In this document: positions 49,234 to 60,349 of the stretch, piece after piece
Numbering within the stretch: position 1 is the first letter of the stretch
Layout: each line of letters starts with the position of its first letter
Assembly (NCBI GenBank): GCA_038087875.1
Contig: CM075997.1
Coordinates: 7,318,001-7,382,000, forward strand
Reading direction: 5' to 3'
DNA: 64,000 nucleotides
DNA from: Malacoraja senta
Taxonomy: Eukaryota
Made by a program: the position numbers and the translations under genes
Notes under the pieces: generated by a model
The model's database searches: none
Seen by the model: the letters and a program-made list of their open reading frames with translations, nothing else
What the model was told of the DNA's origin: nothing

Positions 49234-51441
49234 AGGTAACTTTAAGGGTATGAGACGTGAATTGGCCAAGATTGACTGGCAATTAGTTCTAAAAGGGTTG
49301 ACGGTGGATATGCAATGGAAGGCATTTAAAGACTGCATGGATGAACTACAAAAATTGTTCATCCCAGTTTGGCAAAAGAATAAATCAGGGAAGGTAGTGC
49401 ATCCGTGGATAACAAGGGAAATCAGGGATAGTATCAAAGCAAAAGATGATGCGTACAAATTAGCCAGAAAAAGCAGCATGCCAGAGGACTGGGAGAAATT
49501 CAGAGACAAGCAGAGGAGGACAAAGGGCTTAATTAGGAAAGGGAAAATAGATTATGAAAGGAAACTGGCAGGGAACATAAAAACTGACTGCAAAAGTTTT
49601 TATAGATATGTGAAGAGAAAGAGATTAGTTAAAACAAATGTAGGTCCCTTGCAGTCAGAAACAGGTGAATTGATCATGGGGAACAAGGATATGGCGGACC
49701 AATTGAATAACTACTTTGGTTCCGTCTTCACTAAGGAAGACATAAATAATCTGCCGGAAATAGCAGGGGGCCGCAGGTCAAAGGAGATGGAGGAACTGAG
49801 TGAAATCCAGGTTAGTCGGGAAGTGGTGTTGGGTAAATTGAATGGATTAAAGGCGGATAAATCACCAGGGCCAGATAGGCTGCATCCCAGAGTACTTAAG
49901 GAAGTAGCTCCAGAAATAGTGGATGCATTAGTGATAATTTTTCAAAACTCTTTAGATTCTGGAGTAGTTCCTGAGGATTGGAGGGTAGCAAACGTAACCC
50001 CACTTTTTAAGAAGGGAGGGAGAGAGAAAACGGGGAATTACAGACCAGTTAGTCTAACATCGGTAGTGGGGAAACTGCTAGAGTCACTTATTGAAGATGG
50101 GATAGCAGCACATTTGGAAAGTGGTGAAATCATTGGACAAAGTCAGCATGGATTTACGAAAGGTAAATCATGTCTGACGAATCTTATAGAATTTTTCGAG
50201 GATGTAACTAGTAGAGTGGATAGGGGAGAACCAGTGGATGTGTTGTATCTGGACTTTCAGAAGGCTTTCGACAAGGTACCACATAAGAGATTAGTATACA
50301 AACTTAAAGCACACGGTATTGGGGGTTCAGTATTGATGTGGATAGAGAACTGGCTGGCAAACAGGAAGCAAAGAGCAGGAGTAAACGGGTCCTTTTCACA
50401 ATGGCAGGCAGTGACTAGTGGGGTACCGCAAGGCTCAGTGCTGGGACCCCAGCTATTTACAATTTATATTAATGAACTGGATGAGGGAATTGAAGGCAAC
50501 ATCTCCAAGTTTGCGGATGACACTAAGCTGGGGGGCAGTGTTAGCTGTGAGGAGGATGCTAGGAGACTGCAAGGTGACTTGGATAGGCTGGGTGAGTGGG
50601 CAAATGTTTGGCAGATGCAGTATAATGTGGATAAATGTGAGGTTATCCACTTTGGTGGCAAAAACAGGAAAGCAGACTATTATCTAAATGGTGGCCGATT
50701 CGGAAATGGGGAGATGCAGCGAGACCTAGGTGTCATAGTACACCAGTCATTGAAAGTAGGCATGCAGGTGCAGCAGGCAGTGAAGAAAGCGAATGGTATG
50801 TTAGCTTTCATAGCAAAAGGATTTGAGTATAGGAGCAGGGAGGTTCTACTGCAGTTGTACAGGGTCTTGGTGAGACCACACCTGGAGTATTGCGTACAGT
50901 TTTGGTCTCCAAATCTGAGGAAGGACATTATAGCCATAGAGGGAGTGCAGAGAAGGTTCACCAGACTGATTCCTGGGATGTCAGGACTTTCATATGAAGA
51001 AAGACTGGATAGACTTGGCTTATACCCACTAGAATTTAGGAGGTTGAGAGGGGATCTTATAGAAACGTACACAATTCTTATGGGGTTGGACAGGCTAGAT
51101 GCAGGAAGATTGTTCCCGATGTTGGGGAAGTCCAGGACAAGGGGTCACAGCTTAAGGATAAGGGGGAAATCCTTTAAGACCGAGATGAGGAAAAACTTTT
51201 TCACACAGAGAGTTGTGAATCTCTGGAACTCTCTGCCACAGAGGGTAGTTGAGGCCAGTTCATTGGCTATATTTAAGAGGGGGTTAGATGTGGCCCTTGT
51301 GGCTAAGGGGATCAGGGGGTATGGAGAGAAGGCAGATACGGGATACTGAGTTGGATGATCAGCCATGATCATATTGAATGGCGGTGCAGGCTCGAAGGGC
51401 CGAATGGCCTACTCCTGCACCTATTTTCTATGTATCTATGT
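49234..51441 (+). mobile_element. 5'-truncated CR1/HER1-type LINE with an open 699-aa RT-containing ORF2 portion (49250-51349)
   Basis: KSPGPD, NYRPVSLTS, YLDFQKAFDKV, GVPQGSVLGP and FADD motifs; short 3' UTR ending in (TATG/TCTATG)-type repeats. Nested inside a Harbinger-type MITE. Confidence 0.96.
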
Positions 51442-53028
51442 AAGTAGGTCGGGGTTTTTTCTAGCCTGATGAAAAATGTCCATGAGTAAAAAAGGTCGTG
51501 AATTGGGTCGTGAAAGTGGGACAGGCCCTTTAGGGTGCATATCACCATTCCATATATTTATACTTTCACAAAGCTTGACTGTAGTAAAATTGTTCTGATA
51601 TATATACTAAATATTGTGGATATGAGAATATTTGGCACTATTTACTTTACGCCACCTTACACAAAGAATGCGCGATTTTTTGTACAATATATATTGTTTT
51701 TTCTCGTAACCTAATTTCCCATCTTCTGACCAGAACTTAATCATGCCTTTTTTGATTTGTGCCAAGATAATATTTAAAATGCATTGTTAGTAAAATGTTA
51801 TTAACTTTCTTGGGATTTAGAAATTCATGCAGATTTATGCACTTGTAACTTAAATAGTTTCATGATTATAAATTCAAGTTTTTAACTTGCACAATTTAAC
51901 CAAACTTCCTTTTACTTTCAGCACTACTACGCTTTCCCTTATTTCTTAAAGATCAAACTCTCCTGTGAAAATCAGGTACTGTAACTACATTCAATAACTA
52001 CAACTTACATTTGTATTTTTACCTTCAACATCATAATTGGTAAATAATATTGGGGATATCAAGACTTTTGAGGTGGGCTTTGAAGAGGTGCAGGTACTCA
52101 AAATGGTGAGTTGAAAATGGTTGGTGGTGGTGGGGTTGGAATATGCAACGCTGGAGCTGAGGAGGATTGGAGAAAGGGAAAGGCATGGCCAATGAGAGGT
52201 TGAAAACCACAATGTGAACTTTAAAATGAGATGTTACTGGAGTGGAAGCCTGTGTATTTCATTTCATTTCATTTAATATTTGGCGGAGGTAGAGACAGGA
52301 ATTAACGCGTTAAAAATCCTTGGTTGGTTCAGATATTGAATATCACCATTTTTGGTGCATTAAAACATTGTTGTCTATAGCACTAGTTCCCAAGTAGATT
52401 CTTCCAAAAAAGATTGTTGAAATGCTGAAAACAAATGTGTAGCATCATTGGAGTCTACCCATAAAAGTGCGTTGGATCATGACGTATTGTGCTCCAATTG
52501 AAGGACCTGCAATTTACCACAATCAGTGCCACTTTACTACACACCGTTCAGGGAAAGAGAGCAGCCTTGAAGGCACTATGCATGGAAGCAAAACATTATG
52601 ATTGGCTGTGGAGGCCAAGTAATTGGTTTAAAGTGGAGATTGATAGGTTCTTAAATAGTAAGAGTGTCAAAGGTGATGGGGAAAAGGCAGGAGAATGGGG
52701 TTGAGAGGATAAAATAGATCCACCATGATCGAGTGGCTTGATGGGCTGAATGGCCAAATTCTATTCCTATTTCGTGTGGTCTTATAACAGCCAGCATACC
52801 AAGGACATAGAAACATAGAAAATAGGTGCAGGAGGAGGCCATTCGGCCCTTCAAGCCAGCTTGTGGTCTTATTTACAGACGTACATCAAAATTTCCATTC
52901 TGATGTGTTTTTGTATGTTATCTCTTTAAAAACAATTTGATTTTGATTTTTGAATTTGTATTTGATTTCAGTCCTACTCATTCATAAACTGTAACCCCCA
53001 GAACAATTTTCCTTTTCACTTAATTTAG

Positions 53029-53176
53029 GAAGAAAATGAAATAGCTGCTCGATCTGCCTACCTTCAGGGAATGTATCCTGTTGTAAATATAAAATTTCAA
53101 TCACCGGTGAATTCAATTTACAATCTGCCAGAATTGTTGGAGATTGTCATAACGGCAGTACCAGTGTCTGATGATG
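53029..53176 (+). CDS. CATSPERG: CATSPERG coding exon (148 bp, phase 0-1)
   Basis: Acceptor ttttcacttaatttag|53029 and donor 53176|gtgagt. EENEIAARSAYLQGMYPVVNIKFQSPVNSIYNLPELLEIVITAVPVSDD matches human [43 protein letters not shown], with FQSPVN identical. Confidence 0.9.
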
Positions 53177-53235
53177 GTGAGTACGTTGTATAAATGCTAC
53201 AAGCGAGTGTAGACCAAATAAGTGCAACAAAACGT

Positions 53236-53499
53236 CCTGAGGTGAGAAAAAACGTTTTCACCCAGAGAGTTGTGAATTTATGGAATTCCCTGCCACAGAG
53301 GGCAGTGGAGGCCAAGTCTCTGGATGGATTTAAGAGAGAGTTAGATAGAGCTCTAGGGGCTAATGGAGTCAAGGGATATGGAGAGAAGGCAGGCACGGGT
53401 TATTGATAGGGGATGATCAGCCATGATCACAATGAATGGCGGTGCTGGCTTGAAGGGCCGAATGGCCTCCTCCTGCACCTATTTTCTATGTTTCTATGT
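53236..53499 (+). mobile_element. CR1 LINE short 3' fragment
   Basis: EVRKNVFTQRVVNLWNSLPQRAVEA...GEKAGTGY*; TTTCTATG tail. Confidence 0.88.
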
Positions 53500-54523
53500 C
53501 CTTGGTATGCTGGTTGGTAAGTTAATTGGCCACTGTAAGACCAGTGTATAGACAAATAGTAGAATCTGGGGGGGAGTGTGTGCGGCATGGTGGCGCAGCG
53601 GTAGAGTTGCTGCCTTACAGCACCAGAGACCTGGGTTCAATCCTGACTGCAGGTGCTGTCTGTACAGTGTTTATACGTTCTCCCTGTGATCTGCGTGGGT
53701 TTTCTCCAGGAGCTCCAGTTTCCTCTCACACTCCAAAGGTTTGTAGGCTAATTGGCTTTGGTAAAAATTGTAAATTGTCCCCAGTGTGTATAGGATAGCC
53801 AGTTTGTCCGCCGGGATTGCTGGTCGGTACGGACTCGGTGGGTCGAAGGGCCTGTTTCTCTAAACTAAACGAAACTAAAACTGAAAAGATTGGATCACAG
53901 TTAAGACAGAGAGAAAATATCACAGGACCTATAAATAATTGTTCACATGTATTTTGATTTAAGATTGTGCAGGAGGACTGTATAATTGCCAATGTATTTT
54001 TTTCTGTCTAAACATACAACACCGGAGAGAACAGTAATTCAGATCAACAGAGCACAATAAATGGCTTGTCGGGTGTAGATTGGCCTCTTGTGTGGTTTGA
54101 GTGGCAGGTCTTTTCCAGTGTTGCTTCTCCAGAATTAAAATATAAAGTTGTGGCATTCATAAAGTCATAAGGCTATTTAAAAAAATGTGATATATGTTCA
54201 ACAATTCACTAGACGGAATTGGAGTCAATTTAAAAGTTGGCAAAGGTGGAGTGGAACTAATTGGAAGTGGGATGAGTTCATGTCAGCTTGGTCTAAAGAT
54301 GGAGGAAGGATCTCTACCCCAAACGTTACCCATTCCTTCTTTCCTGAGATGCTGCCTGTCCTGCTGAGTTATTCCAGCATTTTGTGCCTATCTTCGGTTT
54401 AAACCAGCATCAGCAGTTCCTTCCTACACACAGATTATTTCTCATGTGTTTCAAAATAATGGTATGTTACCCAGAGAGGAATTTTGTTTTGCATTTCACC
54501 CAAAAGATGGCACATATCTTTTG

Positions 54524-54841
54524 TGGGCCTGTCCCACTTACGCGGCTTTTTCGGCGACTGCCGGCACCTGTCACAGGTCGCCGAAAATTTTCAAAATGTT
54601 GAAAATTCAGCGGTGACCAGAAAGACACTACGACTCTTTGGGTGACTAGGAGACTACTCACGACCATACAGGCGACATGTCGCGGGGTGAAGCCTGTATG
54701 GTCGTGAGTAGTCGCCCAAAGATTCGTACGTTGTTCTGGTCGCCGCTGGATTTTCAACATGTTGAACATTTTCGGTGACCTGTAACGACCTATGAGGGGT
54801 GCCAGCAGTCGCCGTAAAAGTCGCGTAAGTGGGACAGGCCC
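54524..54841. mobile_element. PIF/Harbinger-type MITE
   Basis: TGGGCCTGTCCCACTTACGCG...CGCGTAAGTGGGACAGGCCC; internally palindromic; right flank replaced by CR1. Confidence 0.85.
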
Positions 54842-55150
54842 CAGAGCCAGGGGTCACAGTTTAAGAATAAGAAGTAAGCCATTTAGAACGAAGATGAGGA
54901 AACACATTTTCTCTCAGAGAGTGGTGAGTCTATGGTATTCTCTGCCTCAGAGGGCGGTGGAGGCAGGTTCTCTGGATGTTTTCAAGAGAGAGCTAGATAG
55001 GGCTCTTAAAAATAGCGGAGTCAGGGTATTTGGGGAGAAGGCAGGAACGGGGTACTGATTAGGGATGATCAGCCATGATCACATTGAATGGCGCTGCTGG
55101 CTCGAAGGGCCGAATGGCCTACTCCTGCAACTATTGCCTATTGTCTATTG
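54842..55150 (+). mobile_element. CR1 LINE short 3' fragment fused to a MITE end
   Basis: RARGHSLRIRSKPF...GEKAGTGY*; CTATTG tail. Confidence 0.88.
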
Positions 55151-55466
55151 TTTTGCTAGGTTTCCACACCGTTTACTGGCAACATACATTTTGTGGGAGA
55201 TAAGGATGGGGTTGAGTGGGAGCTTCATTATGATTTGGAATTAACAAGCGATTATCATTGTTCCATTGTACTACCTCCTAACATTTTTTTCAAAGTCATT
55301 ATCGTGTAACTTGCTAATACCCACTAGAATTGCCTTGATTGTTACAAGGGTAAAGATGATACATCCTGAGGTCCTGATATTTCCATTTCCTAATTTGTTA
55401 ATTGAATTCATGGGATCAGGTTGTTTCATTTAAGTCATGGTTAATCTTTTTTGTTCTGTGTTGCAG

Positions 55467-55593
55467 AAACTGAATGTACGGAGGAGATTTGTAAAGTGGC
55501 GTGGTTTATTCCTTTACCTTATAGAAACGGATCCGTGGTGTCTGATGTTACCATTAAAACCAATAAAATTGGGTTTCCCGTTCCAGACAAGAA
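55467..55593 (+). CDS. CATSPERG: CATSPERG coding exon (127 bp, phase 1-2)
   Basis: Acceptor ttctgtgttgcag|55467 and donor 55593|gtacga. ETECTEEICKVAWFIPLPYRNGSVVSDVTIKTNKIGFPVPDK matches human [42 protein letters not shown]. Phases agree with both neighbours. Confidence 0.9.
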
Positions 55594-55879
55594 GTACGAA
55601 TGGTTCATTTAAAATTAACCTTTGTTACCTTGTATGCACATGTGGAATTAGACTGTGAAATCCAGACATGATTTTCAATCAAATCTGAGATGGTGACCAT
55701 CCAACCATCTTACTTACTTATAATTAGTACAGAATCAATTCATTCAATACCAAGCAATTTATATACAAGTCTCCGATAAACCATCAATGTTTGGTCCTTG
55801 AAAATGGGATTTTTGGGCCTTGTAAGTCCTTGAAAAGTCCTTGAATGTATAGCTGTTTCAAGTGTACAAACACTGAAAG

Positions 55880-56385
55880 TAACTAGCAAAGGGTGATTTG
55901 GGTGGGAAGGGATGAATGAACAAGGAGTTGTGGAAAGAGGAAAGAAATGGGGATGGGAAGATGTGGTGGGATCATGTTGAAGGTGGCAGTAATGTTGGAG
56001 AATAATGTATTGGATGCGGAGGATGGTGGGGTGAAAGGTAAGGACCAGGGGAACTCGAGCACTGTTCTGTCTTGGGGGAGGGGGAGCGAAAGCAAAACTA
56101 TGGGACAGAGAGGAGAGATGGGTAAGGAATCCATCTACGAAAGCAAGGGAGAAACATAGACACAAAATACTGGAGTAACTCAGTGGGACAGGCAGCATCT
56201 CTGGATAGAAGGAATGGGTCATGTTTGGGGTCTGGACCCTACTTCAGTCTGAAACTATGTTTGCTGAAGAAAGGGGGCATCATGGATTTTCTAGAATGGA
56301 AAGCCTCATCTTTGGGCCAGATGCAGTGGAGGCTGGAAAATCGAGAGTCGGTGATGGTGTCTTTGGAAGAGCTGCCATATACAGA
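55880..56385 (-). mobile_element. Degenerate Penelope-like RT C-terminal/linker fragment
   Basis: RQNSARVPLVLTFHPTILRIQYIILQHYCHLQHDPTT. Confidence 0.7.
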
Positions 56386-57734
56386 TATCTGGATTGCAAC
56401 GCCTCACATCCTGCGTCTTCCAAAGATATCTGTGGAAGTGGATGGGTTTATGGTAGACACCAGTCGATAGGAGTGGATCAATGGTGAGACAGGAGCAAGT
56501 GATGATAAGTGGGTTGTGAAGGAGTGAAGGATGATGAGTAGATGGAGTCAGGTCAGGGTTACTGAAAAGCCTGGATAACAAGGACACGTGTGTTAGATTC
56601 AGTTTTAGTTTAGCGATACAGTGTGGAAACAGGCGCTTCAGCCCACCGAGTCCGTACCGACCAGCAATCCCTGCACATTACCACTACCTACACATACTAG
56701 GGACAATTTTGCATTTATACCAAGCCAATTGCTTGATCAATGGTATTTTATCATTAATGTTTTATTATTATTAATGTTTAGTGTTTTCTGAGTCAATTGT
56801 AACTGTCACTGTTGTTACTTGTGGGCGGAGCATCAAGGCAAATTCCTTGTATGTGAATACTTGGCCAATAAACTTATTTACTTAACCTACAAACCTGCAC
56901 GCCTTTGGTGTGTGGGAGGAAACTGAAGATCTCGGAGAAAACCCACGCAGGTCACAGGGAGAAAGCAGAAACTCCCTACAGACAAGCACCCGTAATCTGG
57001 ATCGAACCCGGGACTCTGGCGCTGTAAGGCAGTAGCTCTACCACCACGCCACCGTTCCGCCCATATTTATTAATTCTAGGTCCACATTTCCCCACCATAA
57101 TCCCAAACAAACTCATCTTTAAATTACTGGACCTAGACAATACCCCATCCGATAGACCACAGTCAGTGAGGATAGGTGACAAAACATCCTCCATGAACAT
57201 TCCCAACATTCTGCAAGGATGTGTTCTCAGCCCCATACTAATCTCTCTATCCATTGTGCAGCCAATTTTTTCTTGAACAGCTGACACACTGTTATGGACC
57301 AGATCTCAGACAATGACGGGATGGAATACAGGAAAATAGAGAACTTCGTAACGTGTTGTCAAAATAACAACCTCTCCTCAATGTCAGTAAGATGAAGGAG
57401 CCAGTTATTGACCTCTGAACAAGGTGATGTACATGCCTCAGTGATTAATGATGCCAAATTGGTCATCAAAGTGGAGATGGTCGAGAGCTCCTAGTTCCTC
57501 GGCGTAATTATCACCAACAATTTGTCCTGGATTAACCACATTGAAGGTACAGACAAGAAAGAACACCAAAGGCTCCACTTCTTCTGAAGACCAAGGATGT
57601 TCGGCATGTCTCCAATAACTCTTACCATCTTCTACAGTTGCACTGTAGAATGCATCCTATCAAGATGCATTGCAGTTTGGTTTGACAACAGCTCTGCCTG
57701 AGATCGCAAGAAATTGCCCGAGTTGTGGATGTGG

Positions 57735-57865
57735 TTCTTCTTCTTGCGTATGGCCTAAAGTTGTAGGACAACTTGTTCTATTTGATCTTATATGATTGTG
57801 CACACCAGGTTGATTGCATTCGTCGAAACAGGGCGGGCCACATGAAGGTTGCAATCTCCCACCCC
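57735..57865 (-). mobile_element. Short non-autonomous retroposon with 5' HDV-like ribozyme (57812-57865), copy 2
   Basis: Same family as 34839-34980 with the same 5' nucleotide; TSD ATGTGGTTC (57729-57737, overlapping the tail, and 57867-57875); small internal deletion. Confidence 0.85.
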
Positions 57866-57948
57866 AATGTGGTTCAGTTACAGTCTCCAGTCTCCAACCT
57901 CTCCCACACCTTCCCATTACACTACCTCAGGAAAAGCAGCCAACACAA

Positions 57949-58292
57949 GGGCGGTCACGGTGGGGCAGCAGTAGAGTTGCTGCCTTACAGCGAATGCAGC
58001 GCCGGAGACCCGGGTTCGATCCCGACTACGGGTGCTGTCCGTACGGAGTTTGTACGTTCTCCCCGTGACCTGCGTGGGTTTTCTCCGAGATCTTCGGTTT
58101 CCTCCCACATTCCAAAGACGTGCACGTTTGTAGGTTAATTGGCTCGGTAAATGTAAAAAATTGTCCCTGGTGGGTGTAGGAGAGTGTTAATGTGCAGGTA
58201 TCGCTGGTGGGTGTGGGCCATAGGGCCTGTTTCTGCGCTGTATCTCTAAACTAAACTAGACTAAACTAAACTAAACTAAAACTAAACTAAAC
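57949..58292 (+). mobile_element. Full-length V-SINE (HE1-type, tRNA-derived head)
   Basis: A-box-like GGTGGGGCAGCAGTAG; B-box GGTTCGATCCC; V-domain GGAGTTTGTACGTTCTCCCCGTG; (TAAAC)n tail. Confidence 0.9.
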
Positions 58293-59152
58293 ATTCAAGG
58301 ATCATTTACAACCGTCATTCCTTCTTCTCCCATTGGGCAGAACATACAAAAGCTTGAAAGCAAACACCACCAGATATAGGAATAGATTCCCACCCTCACT
58401 GCTATCAGCCTACTGAACAGTCCTCTCATAAGCTAATGGTGTGGTCTTGATCTCCCAACCTACCACATTGCGACCCTGGCACTTTTTTAATCTGCACTTT
58501 CTCTGAAACACTGTAATGCTTGCAACACTTTTTAAAGTTTCATATTTTTCTCTTTGCACAATCTGATGTAATTGGAAATGGCTCACATGTATAGTATTAT
58601 TTGAGTAGGAAGGAACTGCAGATGCTGGTTTATACTGAAGATAGACACAAAAAGCTGGAGTAAATCAGTGGGTCAGGCAGCATCTCCGGAGAGAAGGAAT
58701 GGGTGATGTTTTGGGTCAAAACCCTTCAGATGTTGCCCATCCCGCTGAGTTACTCCAGCATTTTGTGTCATTTATTATTATCATTAATTGAATGGATTAT
58801 TTATTATTCAGTATTATTTGAATGGATGGCATGCAAATAATGTTTTTCAGTATCTCCTTACACATGACAGTAATAAACCATACCATGTTGAAATTAAAAA
58901 AAATTCACATCAGAAAGAGATCATGTTGGATCCAAACTACTGCTCAAACCTATTGCCAGCAGTGCCCCAGTACAATAGCCTGATCTGGATATGGGAGGTT
59001 GGCTGAGTTGATCTCTGAAGCACAGAGTGGATTGGGCCATGATCAGTGGTTAGGGCTGTGGCAGATGAGAGTAGCAGTACCATCTCTCAAGAAACTTGAC
59101 ACTGCCTAGGACAAAGCAAGCCACTAGATTGCCACCCAATCTGCTGCTGTAA

Positions 59153-59413
59153 AGGGGCTGTCCCACTGCAGCGACCTAATCTGCGAGTTTAGAAGAGTTT
59201 GCCCTCGACTCATACTCGCAGCATGGTCGACACGAGGTCCTAGGAGGTCTTTGTAACTCTCCTTCATGCTCGAGAGTAGTCCCCGCGTACTCGAGGCCTC
59301 AACTAGGTTGTGTATTTTTCAACATGTTGAAAAATGCCCGCAAGTAAAAAAAGGTTGCCATGGAAGAAATCAATACTTTTTTTACTCGTAGGTTTAGTCG
59401 AAGTAGATCGTAA
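59153..59413. mobile_element. Truncated PIF/Harbinger-type MITE (left half)
   Basis: TAA|AGGGGCTGTCCCACTGC...; matches 27917-28170. Confidence 0.82.
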
Positions 59414-59880
59414 GTGGGGCAGCAGGGCGAAGGCCGCGGACGCCAATAGGATCAACAAACTCATCAGGAAGGCTGGCTCCGTCCTGGGGGCGGAGTTGGA
59501 TTAACGGGAGGTGGTCTTGGAGGGGAGGATGCTCCTCAAACTGCGGAGCACCTTGGACAACACAGCTCACCCCTTCCATGAGGTCGACCTGAGGAACAGC
59601 TTCAGCAACAGACTGGTTCCACCTCGATGCAGGACAGAATGTCACAGGATATCCTTCTTCCCTATGGCTATCAAACTGTACAACTCCTCCCCCTTCTGTC
59701 GTGGGGTCGACTGAGACTGACTCCCCTTCCCCTCCATCCCCCATCCCAATCTTTGCACATCCCCATTCCTTTCCACTCATCACTTTAATTTCATGTTTCA
59801 TGTATTTTGTGTTTTTATGACTGTTGGCAGATCAATTTCCCCCCTGGGATAAATAAAGTTCTATCGTATCATTGTATCGT
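59414..59880 (+). mobile_element. Rex1/Babar-type LINE 3' fragment truncating a MITE
   Basis: WGSRAKAADANRINKLIRKAGSVLG...LDNTAHPFH...RLVPPRCRTE...SFFPMAIKLYN; AATAAA and TATCG tail. Confidence 0.82.
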
Positions 59881-60255
59881 AGGATTGCCGCAGTCTCAGA
59901 CGGTGGCTCACCACCACCTTCTCAAGGCTAATCGGGAATCAGCAATAATTGCTGGCCTTAACAATAAGCTCAGATCCTACAAATGAGTTAAAGTAAATTA
60001 TCATTTTATAAATATTAATTGGTTCATTTACCAATAGACAATGTTAAACTCTTTGTGCTGAATGCTAATTCTAGTCTTAAAAACAAACATTTCATAGTAT
60101 TAACTTGTAGATGGATAGAAATGTCAGCATTTGCTTTCAGTGTATTTGGTGCGTTGTTTGTAAGGCACGTGTTTTCTGTTCAATTAACATCTAAATATGT
60201 ATTAGGAGCTGTTGTCTAATTATAATTTTCTTTTTGTCTTTTTGTTTGACACCAG

Positions 60256-60349
60256 TATTCTTTTAAACGTTGATGGTTACCTGAATCTCAGACTGGATTT
60301 GGAAGTTGGTGTTGACAAGAATATCAGGCAATTTGACATTGGACATGAG
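60256..60349 (+). CDS. CATSPERG: CATSPERG coding exon (94 bp, phase 2-0); gene continues beyond the window
   Basis: Acceptor tttgtttgacaccag|60256 and donor 60349|gtgggc. (N)ILLNVDGYLNLRLDLEVGVDKNIRQFDIGHE matches human FQMNINGFLK...DNNIQFTVGEE. Confidence 0.85.

Larger units (their letters stand above)
49044..51529. mobile_element. PIF/Harbinger-type MITE split by the 2.2-kb CR1 insertion
   Basis: TTA|AGGGCCTGTCCCACTTTC at 49044 and GAAAGTGGGACAGGCCCT|TTA at 51529; the two halves join to match the uninterrupted copy at 63443-63669. Confidence 0.9.
52791..53513. repeat. Perfect 70-bp inverted repeat (52791-52860 / 53444-53513)
   Basis: CCAGCATACCAAGGACATAG...TTCAAGCCAGC is the exact reverse complement of GCTGGCTTGAA...CTATGTCCTTGGTATGCTGG. 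Confidence 0.92.
57190..58420 (+). mobile_element. Old degenerate Rex1/Babar-like LINE carrying nested short retroposons
   Basis: Remnants of PQGCVLSP, FLGVIITNNLSWINHI and FYSCTVECIL; interrupted by insertions at 57735-57865 and 57949-58292. Confidence 0.65.

Noticed and set aside
57949..58030. tRNA-like sequence with A and B boxes
   Set aside because: It is the head of a V-SINE, continuing directly into the V-domain and tail, with no proper acceptor stem.
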